Assembly: GCA_036308515.1 (NCBI GenBank)
Contig: JAXJVM010000119.1
Location: 1-41,403, forward strand
Direction: 5' to 3'
Origin: Clostridia bacterium
GTDB taxonomy: Bacteria > Bacillota > Clostridia > Monoglobales > Monoglobaceae
Length of the DNA stretch: 41,403 nt
Shown here: in pieces, positions 9,049 to 18,687 of the stretch
Layout: every line of letters starts with the position of its first letter
Position numbering within the stretch: position 1 is the first letter of the stretch
Position numbers and translations under genes: made by a program
The notes under the pieces: model-generated
Told to the model about the DNA's origin: nothing
Database searches by the model: none
What the model saw: the letters and a program-made list of their open reading frames with translations, nothing else

Positions 9049-9792
9049 TTATGCTTTCTTACAATATCGATATTCAGTCGGGGACATTGTCGTTGCTTCC
9101 CGAAACAATCGACAGAACACCGCATCACCGGAAAAACCGCATAAATCCGCTATCTCCTTGATAGCAATGCCGGTTTCAGAAAGCAATTTTTTGCTATGTA
9201 AAATTCGAACACTTCCGATATACGCCTTAATGGCCTGCTTAATCTCCGGCTGAAACAGATAAGAAACATCTTGATAGCTTTTCTCTTCCAAAGCCATGGC
9301 AATGGAGGAAACTTTCAATTTTGGATCGGCAAAGCGTTCCTCAATATATTTTTTTACTTCTAATAACAACATGACACAGGTTGCTTGGTCATTGGACATC
9401 CGCATCACACGTTCAGCGCTAAACTCATGTTGAAGAACCTCTTTGGATTGCAGCATTTCTCTTCTTGCCTTGTCCTTATACTGCAACGGAGAAATCCCAA
9501 ACTTCTTCTTAAACATTCCGGAAAAATGCGCAGGAGAGGAAAAACTCAACCTCTTGCTGATCTCGTGATTCCGATACCCTTGTTGCAGCATTTTTTTGCT
9601 CTGCTCCAGCTTCATTTCCAAAAAGAACTGCATGACGCCACCTGCGGAGTACTTTGCAAATATCTTTTCTAAACCGGAAACACTCACGAAGCAATAGTCT
9701 GCGATATCAGCGACGCAAAGCTTGCGATGTAAATTCTCCTTCATGTATGTAATTGCATGTTGATAGGTTCCTAAGGTATCCCTTGAACGCAT
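9049..9792 (-). CDS. AraC-family regulator with two tandem DNA-binding domains
   Basis: Two AraC HTH signatures: LSFSSPAHFSGMFKKKFGISPLQYK and CGFSGDAVFCRLFREATTMSPTEYR; no N-terminal effector domain. Confidence 0.85.
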   Translation of the reverse strand: MRSRDTLGTYQHAITYMKENLHRKLCVADIADYCFVSVSGLEKIFAKYSAGGVMQFFLEMKLEQSKKMLQQGYRNHEISKRLSFSSPAHFSGMFKKKFGISPLQYKDKARREMLQSKEVLQHEFSAERVMRMSNDQATCVMLLLEVKKYIEERFADPKLKVSSIAMALEEKSYQDVSYLFQPEIKQAIKAYIGSVRILHSKKLLSETGIAIKEIADLCGFSGDAVFCRLFREATTMSPTEYRYCKKA

Positions 9793-9815
9793 AATTCTTC
9801 CCTTCTCTCGCTTTC

Positions 9816-12272
9816 TTATTCCTCTGTTCGATTGTTCTGCTGCGCTTGATACAGGCTGGTGATTTTAGCCGGACGGTTTTGTAGCTCCATATATCCGTCC
9901 CCGGCAAAGGGGTAACCGTTATACACAAAGTTTGTACCTGCCTGCTTATTGATACTTTGAATCAATTGCAAGGCGATACTTGCTGTATTCGCCGCCGGAA
10001 CCGCAGAAATACCAATGGCAAAGTTCTGCGCCGTTGGTGGCTGCATCACGCCAATATGCGGCGCTCCACAGTTCCAGAATACAATATTAGCACCTGCCCA
10101 TCCGTGACCGGTACCATAATCCCCGCGCTGTACCGCCTGTAAGCCTCGGCTGACGATTACATTGTCATACAACGTTCCCACCGCCCAACGGTGATGGGTC
10201 TCGCTGGTGTTATAGTCGTTCACCGATGTACAAGCATAAAATACATTTGGTCCGCATACCCTTGCGCCCTGCGCAAAGGCATGTCGCGCACCGTCTGTAT
10301 AACAATCCTTTACCAGACAAAGCTGGCCGTTTATTTCAAAGCCATATCTTCGTGATCCTGCGATGGTGGATACAAACGCTAAAGCACTACAATCGGTCAC
10401 GGTCACGTACTTTGCCGAACTTCCTATCTCCACACATTCGTTTATAAAATGCTTGGCAGTAATATCCTTTGCCCAGCAATCCTCGGCATTACCAAACGCC
10501 ACCGCTTTATCCGCATGATCCTCGTCAATATATGTACTACCACTGACTTCAGTTTCATCATAATTCGCATCAAACGTAAGACACTCTACCCCTACTTGTG
10601 AAATTCGTTGATTTTCCGGAACCTTTCTAACCTCACCGCCGCCATACTTTGTCTCCATAGACATAACAATGGGATGGTCAATGGTAATGGAATCCTCATC
10701 CACAGCAACAATCTTTCGTTCAAAATGAAACTCATAATCCCGGGCACGCCAAGGAACCGCCGTGCTGCTCTGTGCAAAAATGCCGCTTGCGTCCATACCG
10801 ATATCAGCAATCCACTGTTCAGATGGTGGCCGAACCACCACAACCTCGTCACCAACTGACAACCCGGCTGTACTTTCCAGAGGTAGCTTCGTAGTGCCAA
10901 CGGGAACATAATCCAAAGCTATCTTGCGCCCCGTCTCCTCCATGGTAATCGTTGCTGCACCCGAAACTGCCAAAACTGCACTTTGGGTGCCGTCACCGGT
11001 GGCATGGATGACGGTTCCCGCTTGACTCTCGCCACGAAGAATCACACCGGATTCCGAAATTTGCAAAGTACCGGAAATATAATAGTCTCCGTTGGCAAGT
11101 TTCACCACGCCCCGAATGCCATTTGCATCAGGTTCCCAGGTTGATACTTTATCAATGGCTTGCTGAATAGACGTTGTATCGTCTTGCATATTTCCCAAAG
11201 GCAAAACTGTCTGCACCTTGACAGAGGTTGGAAATTTCTCACTCCCGCCCATATAGCCCACACCGGAAAAATCCGGAAGGGTGTCCCCTTGTTCTGTATA
11301 GGGATAATAAGTCAGCACTCCATGGCTGTCTTCCTTCACCAAAGCCGACTCCCCGGACTCTGCCAGTTCCGTCAGCAACGGCTTACTTACCGAAAAGGGA
11401 TTATGGAACACAATTTTATCATCCAGTGGTGACAGGTTTTCATCCCACAGGAACACGCATAGCCGTTGTCCGCCAACATCGCTGCCAGTAGTTACAGAAA
11501 GCTCTGCCCCCTCCTGCGCTGTTTTTATATCTGCATCCACGAGATTTCCGTTTTCATAGACCGCCAGAATTACCTTACCGCCCGAAACCGTTCGCTCCAT
11601 CCGACAGTAAACCTGACTGTTTGCCTGTAAGCCCTCCAATGGTTCTTTGTTCCCATCCAGGAAGGATAGCGGTTCGGTTATGTAAAGGCACGGACGGCAA
11701 AGCACCTCCTCTGCCTCTTGGGAATATATGCTGGTAATGTAATCCTTGCCGCCAAGATAAGCAAAGGTGATTTCCGCATCGCCGGTCTTGGCTGCCGCCT
11801 GCACTGCTTCGGTTACCGCAACATCATAGGGAAGATACGAAATGCCACTGACCGTAAACTGTGCGACGGTGTCATTTGTCTCCGGACGCGTTTCATAGGT
11901 CACGGTATCCTCCCACCCCGACTCTGCCAAGGCAAGGGAACAGGTAAGCTGGGAACTGCTATCGGCATGGGAATCATTGATTTTCATATACAACCGCAGG
12001 AAAACTTGTTCCTCTCCATCCAGCTCCGGTACCGCAAATTTAAGATATGCTATACGATTGGAGCTTTCAGAGTTTGGAGTGTTCTTCGCTTTCAGCACGG
12101 CCTCCGTACTAAAATTAACGTTGGGATTACTGCCATCCACATAGGTATCAGCAATGGGCAGAACTCTCCGGTGACTTGCCTGTTCGGCAAGCACCGGTAC
12201 AGATGTCATAAAAAACACAAAGAGAAGGAAAGCTGTCAAAAACAAACAATTCCCTTTGTATTGTTTTTTCAT
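9816..12272 (-). CDS. Secreted protein: DNRLRE/CBM96-like domain plus parallel beta-helix (pectate-lyase-superfamily-like) domain
   Basis: Signal peptide; ADTYVDGSNPNVNF...RIAYLKF (DNRLRE-like); PDFSGVGYMGG...DDTTSIQQAID...SGVILRGE beta-helix cap; RRYGF, GPNVF, ETHHRW, GHGWAGANIVFWN. Confidence 0.7.
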   Translation of the reverse strand: MKKQYKGNCLFLTAFLLFVFFMTSVPVLAEQASHRRVLPIADTYVDGSNPNVNFSTEAVLKAKNTPNSESSNRIAYLKFAVPELDGEEQVFLRLYMKINDSHADSSSQLTCSLALAESGWEDTVTYETRPETNDTVAQFTVSGISYLPYDVAVTEAVQAAAKTGDAEITFAYLGGKDYITSIYSQEAEEVLCRPCLYITEPLSFLDGNKEPLEGLQANSQVYCRMERTVSGGKVILAVYENGNLVDADIKTAQEGAELSVTTGSDVGGQRLCVFLWDENLSPLDDKIVFHNPFSVSKPLLTELAESGESALVKEDSHGVLTYYPYTEQGDTLPDFSGVGYMGGSEKFPTSVKVQTVLPLGNMQDDTTSIQQAIDKVSTWEPDANGIRGVVKLANGDYYISGTLQISESGVILRGESQAGTVIHATGDGTQSAVLAVSGAATITMEETGRKIALDYVPVGTTKLPLESTAGLSVGDEVVVVRPPSEQWIADIGMDASGIFAQSSTAVPWRARDYEFHFERKIVAVDEDSITIDHPIVMSMETKYGGGEVRKVPENQRISQVGVECLTFDANYDETEVSGSTYIDEDHADKAVAFGNAEDCWAKDITAKHFINECVEIGSSAKYVTVTDCSALAFVSTIAGSRRYGFEINGQLCLVKDCYTDGARHAFAQGARVCGPNVFYACTSVNDYNTSETHHRWAVGTLYDNVIVSRGLQAVQRGDYGTGHGWAGANIVFWNCGAPHIGVMQPPTAQNFAIGISAVPAANTASIALQLIQSINKQAGTNFVYNGYPFAGDGYMELQNRPAKITSLYQAQQNNRTEE

Positions 12273-12295
12273 TCTTCCTTCTCTCCTTTATTACG

Positions 12296-14022
12296 TTATA
12301 GGATTTTAGCGTTGATGCTTTTGAGCACCTTGGCATAATCTTCGTCCTGCATGAAGGACTTGTCATAAGGGGTTACTGTAACAGTTCCCTCGTCATAGTA
12401 AACATTGAGCCCTGCTGCCTCAAAGACCTTACGCATGGGCAGATAGGTTACACCATCCTTTTCTGTTACGCTTCCAACTACAAGTGCCAGAATCTCTTCC
12501 TCGCTCTTGCTGTCCAGAACCTCCTGCACCTGTGCAAGAGAAATCATCATGGTTTCGCCCTGCAGATACAGACTGTTTTCAGTGTCGCGCTTCTCATTGA
12601 GATATACGTACCCATTCTGTCCTTCACGGAAGAAGTAAGACAGATCTTTGTATGCCTCCATGTGCTGACGCTCATAAAGGCTGGAGATAGATGCACGACG
12701 GTCGTTGAGCTCAAAGTAGCCGTTACCCACAAAGGGCTCACCCTGATAATAGAACTGTTGTCCACTGATACCCCGTACCCAGTTCAGATACCGGGTAACC
12801 TCGCTGATTTTCACACCCATACCGTTTTCTTCATCCTCCAACATCAGAATTTCACCGTTGCCTACGGCAAAGTTCTGACCACCCGGAGGCTTCATGATAA
12901 AGATAAACGCCGAAGCACAGTTCCAGAACATCATATGATTGCCTGACCATCCCTGACCGGTACCTGTTGCACCACGCTGAATGGCACACATACCGGAGGT
13001 CTCATTTCCCTTACAGATTACATTATCCCAAAGGAAGCCGGTAGAATATCTCTGGTGGGTTTCGGTACAGTTGCGCTGATCTTCGGCAACACTGTTGACA
13101 GCGGCATTAGGACCTCTGCCCGCACGGGCACTAATCACATAGTCGTGTCTGCCGCTTTTTGCGTAGCAGTTAATGACCAAGGACTGCTGACCATCCAGGT
13201 TAAAGCTATAACGTCTGCCGCCGGTAATCTGGGATACGAAATCCGTCACAGAACAGTCGGAGACGGTGACGTTCTTTCCATAGTCATCCACCATAACGGC
13301 TCCGTAGACTACATGCTTGACCGAGATGTTTCTGGCCCATCCATCCTCAAACCAGTCGAAGAAAACACCGGTATGAAGATGTTGTTCGTCAATCAGTGTA
13401 CCTTCACTGCTAACAACCGTCTCATCATAGTAACTGTCAATACTCAAATCTTCAATACCGCAGTTGCTGATTCTGCCGGGAGCGTTGTACTTGTACACCG
13501 TTCCCATGCCATATGCACGTTCCATGGATTGCACCAGATGAATGTCAATGACAATACTATTCTCTTTCACATCCGCGATTTTACGCTCGAACTGGAAGTA
13601 ATACAGAGAATAATTCCAGGGCTTCTTGCCGTCACCCACAATCAGACCGCCCAGCGCGTCCATCCGCAGAGAACCAATCCAAGCCTCAGAGGGCGGACGG
13701 TAAACGATAATCTTGTCACCTTTTTTCAGTCCCTCGGTGGAATCAAGAGGAATTTCTGTGGTACCGGTACCAAGGTAATCCCCCTGAATTTCATATTCCC
13801 TGCCTACGACTTCGTAGGTACTATAGTTGTTGAACCTCCCGATACCATATAGTAAAGACCGCTTTCATCACCGGTATACTGTGTTGCCACAGTTTTACCA
13901 TCTGACTGGGTAGGTGTATAGGTATTTGTTACTTTTTCCGCAAAAGCACCCACCGACAGTACCAGAGACAGACTCAAAGCCAGACTGATACCTTTGACTA
14001 ACATCTTCAAACTCTTTTTCAT
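12296..14022 (-). pseudogene. Disrupted paralog of the secreted beta-helix protein (internal deletion plus frameshift), with a Cu-amine-oxidase-N-like C-terminal domain
   Basis: The signal-peptide ORF 14022-13804 stops early. A second frame is open from above 13850 to 12296 and matches the 818-aa paralog from DYLGTGTTEIPLDSTEGLKKGDKIIVYRPPSEAWI onward. The PDFS..GY/GVILRG segment is missing. Confidence 0.75.
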
Positions 14023-14036
14023 AATTTTCCTCTCCT

Positions 14037-17000
14037 TTATTTTATTTCCGTTTCCTTATAGATCATCTTCAGGGTCATGGGTACACCCGTTTTACCGGTA
14101 CCGCTATAACAGTGCATTCTCATATTGGTATCGTTATTGTTCGTAGTTCTTTTCAGGAATAGATACAGATCCTTGTTATCGCAAAGGTTCTGTTTCGCAA
14201 ACTGAGTAATGTCAATGGAAATCTTCTGTTCACCACTCACGACTGTTATATCAAAGGTGGTTAGCGGAGTTGTTGCCGCCGGCAAGCCGGTTGCCGTATC
14301 CGTACCGAAGGTACCGCCGCCCATTTCTGCTTCTGTTGCAGCATAGAGACCCATTGCAGTATTCTTGGTTGCAGCAAAGGTAATATCCAATGTGATATTT
14401 TCAATTTCGTCCAGGGTACCATTGTAGCCTAAGTTCGAGAAGGGGATCTTAATATAAATACCATTCTCTGTACCCGTGGCAAAGCGTATCATACCGGAGG
14501 AGGTCCATGCATTGCTCAGCCCGATACCTGCATAGTAGTTCTTGCTGTCCATAGAAAATTCCGCAGGTCTGACCGGCGTATTATCGTCTTCACCGGGCTG
14601 TTCCTGCTCCGGCTCATACCAATATGTATAGTAATCCGGCTCAACGGGGTTATTTCTCAGTATGATACAGTTGGTGGGATTATAGACAGTACCTTTATAG
14701 AGCACCACATCCCCCACATTGAGAGAGGTGTAATCCGCAGGCTGAACCTTGCCGGTCTTATAATCCATCTCCACGATTTTACAGCCGGAATAGCTGAACC
14801 GTACCATGTGTGTCTCATCATAGAACGGTGTAGTCAACGCAGCAGTAGAAAATACGGTATTCCGGCGCAGCTTACTGTTGTATTCGTTCACCACACGGAC
14901 ATAGCATTGTCCGTCCACATGGGCGGTTACAACACCCTTTTCAATCTGCGTAGAGGTCGCAAGTCTCGATGTATAGCTTGAGCCAACCGAGGTAGCGAGG
15001 TTCACACCACGATCACCGCGCATGACAACCTCGATATAGGAAACTCCATCATTGCGATCCTTGCCCAGCATAACAATATCACCGGGTTTCAAGTTGGCAG
15101 TGGCTACGGTCTGTCTCTTGTTATTTTCGATCGACACATCCTTGACCTTTGCACCAGTGGTAGCAGCCAGAAGATTCGAAGCGGTCAGCGGCACATAGTT
15201 TCCGGATTGTTCTACATACAAATCACGTTCTATCACGGTCAAGTTGCCGCTTACGGTTGCCTCATATTCACTGCCGGCTGACATTCCTTCAATATCATAG
15301 GTGTCATTCAAGCCTTGGCTGATATTTTCTATCACCACAAGCGGCATACTCATTGCTTCATAAGGCAGGAAGTCATATCCCACCATGATATCCACCTTGC
15401 CACTGTCCTCCAGAGAATAAAGCTGGAATTTACGGGATTTGCCATCCGTAAAGTAGCTATAAGCACCTGCGTACTTATAGTCCTCTGCATCATAGGTACG
15501 TGCCAGGCAGCTATAGGCAATGGCATTGGAAGAAACACGATAGGTGGTTGCCGATGTCGAATTGCTGATAGAGAGATTGGCACTTCTGGGTACCCAGAAG
15601 GTATGATTCGTACCGTCAATCACATTCATACTGGAAATCTTATTGTCCTCGCCGCCAATATCCGGAACAATAATCTTTCTAACCTTACCCTTGTCATTGA
15701 GCTCGTAGTAAATGGGCTTTCGGGAAGCTGCATTGGACTTATCCTGCTCGCTCAGACCCGGTCTCCAGTAAAACTGTGTATCGGTGGAGCTGTAGTTATT
15801 GGTATCGTAGGTAAAGTTTTTGGCATTTCTGGTATACCAGAGCATATGCTTTGGCACGTTGCCGTAGCCCTTGTCTACCTCTGTATAACAAATCAAGGAG
15901 GAAAAGTCCACCTTCGTAACCGCGGTACCGTCAAAGGCATAAATTCTCTCTTCACACTCCAGAGTTTTCAGTTCACCGGCAGAGGTCAGTACCTGAATGT
16001 ACTCTCCGCCATTGGTGCTGGCGTTCATCAGCAAGCCATAGTAGCTATAGTTGACATTGTCCGTGTCAAGTCCTGCAATGAAGCCCTCCTTGTTCAGATA
16101 AAACCGACTCTTGACACCCAGCTTCATGACAGAATCCGGAATGGTCTCCAGCTTTTCATAGGCCTTGCCGTCAATGTAATACTTTCCGTCCGGATTGATT
16201 ACAGTGAGTGTTCCCTCCACCACGGTGGTACTGGTGTAAATCCGGGCATACTTCTTATTTTCTGATGCATAAACCGAAACCACCACACCGGGGGTAATAT
16301 TAGCAAGCTCCGTAAGCTTACCATCCGGAGTATAGACCTTGAGATCTGTGTCTTCATCCAGAATCACCTCCATTTCGTGACCCGGAATCGCATAATCCTT
16401 ATAATAAATTTTACGATTGGTGGCATCCACACGGGTTACCAGACCGCTGATGGGTTTGTCTATCTTGACTACATCATAGCCGGAGCCTGTGGTGTTGCCG
16501 ATTAAGGTAAGGGTACCACCCTTAAAATCCCCAAACATGGCATCCAGAGATTCATTGGTGACAGTGCTGCTGCAGACACCGTTAACAATTATCGTTTTTG
16601 CCGAAGTGACTATGTTGGTCAGCTTTCCGTTATCCTTATAGTAGTCAATCAAAATCCGCTCACCCTCCAGATAAGCAAAGGGGGTGTCTTCATAGCCAAT
16701 GGTCAGAACCTTCGTCTCGGGTGCTGTATAGAAGGTTTTAATTTCCTTGTATCCGCTTTCCTGCTCTTTATAAAAAGCACGGACCTTGTAGCCCAGATAG
16801 GCGTCAATATCAGTTTCACCGACACGGTAAATTTGATCCATGGATGTAATGGCAACGGTTCCCTCATCCAGTTCATCTGCGCTGTTCAGTGATGTAAGGT
16901 CATTCGCCACGACGATGCCTTCTGCCAACTCGTAGCCCAGATACTGATATAGCTTATGGGTTTCGTTATAAAACACACCACCGTCTGCCGCAGTAAAACG

Positions 17001-17546
17001 CACAGGCTCTTTTACGTTTGCGCAAAAGGTGTTATAAAGCATAATGGTTGCTTCATGGGAGCTAAGTTGCGCATCGGTCACCCCGGAGACACCTTCGTTG
17101 ATTCCCAAGCGTTGTGCCATCAGTGCAAAACCCGCGGGATAGCCGCCCAATTCCAATGCAGGTTCAGCATGACCCAAGAGGCAGACAATCATTTTTGCCA
17201 TCTCTGCATAGGTAATCACATCATCGGGACGGAATTCCGTATCCGAACTCACCATTCCCAGCTGAAGCCCGGAGGCAATCGCCTGATAATATGGATGTGT
17301 TGCCGGAACATCTCCAAAGGGCAGAGGTGTCTCCGCATCCGCGGTGTACCCCAGCTCCATCAGTTTCACCAGCATCTCACTAGCTTCGCCACGGGTAATC
17401 GGGTGATCTTCTGCATTTTCCTCTGCATATCCCAGTGAGGTTATGACGTGTAGGCTATCTTCATAGGTCGCCGCACTCACTCCGGGCATAACCAAGAGCA
17501 AAAGCATCATCACTGCAAGAAACAGGCTTAAAACTCTTTTTTTCAT
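14037..17546 (-). CDS. S-layer homology (SLH) domain surface protein with C-terminal CBM/DNRLRE-like domain
   Basis: Signal peptide; ITRGEASEMLV, FGDVPATHPYYQAI, FRPDDVITYAEMAKMIV SLH motifs; P/E-rich linker before the last ~170 aa. Start 17546 chosen from GGAGG spacing. Confidence 0.8.
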   Translation of the reverse strand: MKKRVLSLFLAVMMLLLLVMPGVSAATYEDSLHVITSLGYAEENAEDHPITRGEASEMLVKLMELGYTADAETPLPFGDVPATHPYYQAIASGLQLGMVSSDTEFRPDDVITYAEMAKMIVCLLGHAEPALELGGYPAGFALMAQRLGINEGVSGVTDAQLSSHEATIMLYNTFCANVKEPVRFTAADGGVFYNETHKLYQYLGYELAEGIVVANDLTSLNSADELDEGTVAITSMDQIYRVGETDIDAYLGYKVRAFYKEQESGYKEIKTFYTAPETKVLTIGYEDTPFAYLEGERILIDYYKDNGKLTNIVTSAKTIIVNGVCSSTVTNESLDAMFGDFKGGTLTLIGNTTGSGYDVVKIDKPISGLVTRVDATNRKIYYKDYAIPGHEMEVILDEDTDLKVYTPDGKLTELANITPGVVVSVYASENKKYARIYTSTTVVEGTLTVINPDGKYYIDGKAYEKLETIPDSVMKLGVKSRFYLNKEGFIAGLDTDNVNYSYYGLLMNASTNGGEYIQVLTSAGELKTLECEERIYAFDGTAVTKVDFSSLICYTEVDKGYGNVPKHMLWYTRNAKNFTYDTNNYSSTDTQFYWRPGLSEQDKSNAASRKPIYYELNDKGKVRKIIVPDIGGEDNKISSMNVIDGTNHTFWVPRSANLSISNSTSATTYRVSSNAIAYSCLARTYDAEDYKYAGAYSYFTDGKSRKFQLYSLEDSGKVDIMVGYDFLPYEAMSMPLVVIENISQGLNDTYDIEGMSAGSEYEATVSGNLTVIERDLYVEQSGNYVPLTASNLLAATTGAKVKDVSIENNKRQTVATANLKPGDIVMLGKDRNDGVSYIEVVMRGDRGVNLATSVGSSYTSRLATSTQIEKGVVTAHVDGQCYVRVVNEYNSKLRRNTVFSTAALTTPFYDETHMVRFSYSGCKIVEMDYKTGKVQPADYTSLNVGDVVLYKGTVYNPTNCIILRNNPVEPDYYTYWYEPEQEQPGEDDNTPVRPAEFSMDSKNYYAGIGLSNAWTSSGMIRFATGTENGIYIKIPFSNLGYNGTLDEIENITLDITFAATKNTAMGLYAATEAEMGGGTFGTDTATGLPAATTPLTTFDITVVSGEQKISIDITQFAKQNLCDNKDLYLFLKRTTNNNDTNMRMHCYSGTGKTGVPMTLKMIYKETEIK

Positions 17547-17564
17547 GTTCAACATCCTCCCTTA

Positions 17565-18395
17565 TTATATTTCTATCTCCAAACCATCATAGGAAACCAC
17601 AAATCCCTGAGGCTCTGCCACCTGACACATTTCGTCATAATCTGCTGACACGCCGTTATGGGAAAAATGATTCAGTACAAAGATGGTATCATTATCTGCA
17701 TATCCCTCTTCCTGCAACCGCTGACGGAGAAGCTTGCATTTTTCTATGTTCATATGTCCTTGATAAAGGTCTGTTTCATTGCCGCGGGTGCAATCCAGAG
17801 AAATCAAGTCAAACCTCGGCTTTGTCTCTGCAAAATACTGCCAAACTGACTCTGTAAAGCCATCCGTATCATGACAGTACAGCAACTGCTTGTCTGCCTG
17901 TCCAATGGCATAAATAAAATATCCGTCTTCCAGCCCGGTACCGTGCGCCGCTTCCAGCGCACATACCACATAATTTCCAATTTGAACAGGGTGAAACGCC
18001 GTTAATTCCCTAGTCTGCAGCCAAGGAAGCGACTCTTGACTCATGTCACTGACCTGTTCTATCACACTTGAGCCACCGCAAACCGTCCAAGGCTTTTTCC
18101 GTTGGGTGGTAGAAAACTTCGGTCGAAGGAGCAACAGTTCCCGGGGAACAAAATGATCCCAATGGGGATGGGTAATCAAAATGGAATCTACTGCCTGCAT
18201 ATTAATATCATGATGTAGTAAATGCAGATGGGCATCTGCATTGAAATCCAGCATTAAATCCTCGTTCACCAACGCCTGCGACCTTGTGCGTATGTATCTT
18301 CCTCTTTGCGCCCTTGCCTTTTGACACATGGGGCAACTGCACCCTATGGTAGGGATTCCCTCTGCAGCAGAGGTTCCCAAATATTTTATTTTCAT
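17565..18395 (-). CDS. MBL-fold metallo-hydrolase, PhnP-like phosphodiesterase
   Basis: LGTSAAEGIP..GCSCPMC, RTRSQAL, THPHWDH (HxHxDH), HDTD, GHMN, NHFSH. Confidence 0.85.
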   Translation of the reverse strand: MKIKYLGTSAAEGIPTIGCSCPMCQKARAQRGRYIRTRSQALVNEDLMLDFNADAHLHLLHHDINMQAVDSILITHPHWDHFVPRELLLLRPKFSTTQRKKPWTVCGGSSVIEQVSDMSQESLPWLQTRELTAFHPVQIGNYVVCALEAAHGTGLEDGYFIYAIGQADKQLLYCHDTDGFTESVWQYFAETKPRFDLISLDCTRGNETDLYQGHMNIEKCKLLRQRLQEEGYADNDTIFVLNHFSHNGVSADYDEMCQVAEPQGFVVSYDGLEIEI

Positions 18396-18430
18396 AAGTT
18401 CCCTACTTTCACGACTTATTCTGTACTTTT

Positions 18431-18496
18431 ATTATAGTATCCCTATACATCATTCACAAGTCCTTTTCGGGACATAAAATTGCCGTTAAAGGACAT
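18431..18496 (-). promoter_or_regulatory. Promoter of the MBL-SLH-beta-helix-GH94 operon with upstream 21-bp-phased ATGTCC repeats (putative AraC site)
   Basis: Minus strand ATGTCC-N15-ATGTCC...TTGTGA-17-TATAAT; a paralogous copy lies at 22621-22686. Confidence 0.65.
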
Positions 18497-18626
18497 TTCT
18501 CCAAAAATTCTTTCTTTGAAGGCCTTTTATTGCAATTCCCTGAAATCTATACTTAACTTACAATTAACTTGCAGAATTTAAGCCGATTTTTGAAAAAAAT
18601 TCCCAATCATTTATTCTTTTTTATAG

Positions 18627-18656
18627 TTGACAGGATCTTTATTCTTTTGTTATAAT
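18627..18656 (+). promoter_or_regulatory. SigA-type promoter of the araC gene
   Basis: TTGACA-18 nt-TATAAT with TG extended -10. Confidence 0.75.
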
Positions 18657-18687
18657 CAAAAAAAAGACATTGCATAAGGAGAAAGAA

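Noticed and set aside
15315..16265. 316-aa plus-strand ORF, and similar long antisense ORFs at 13055-13852, 19605-20363, 25736-26488 and 35829-36524
   Set aside because: Antisense shadows of well-supported genes, with no recognisable motifs.
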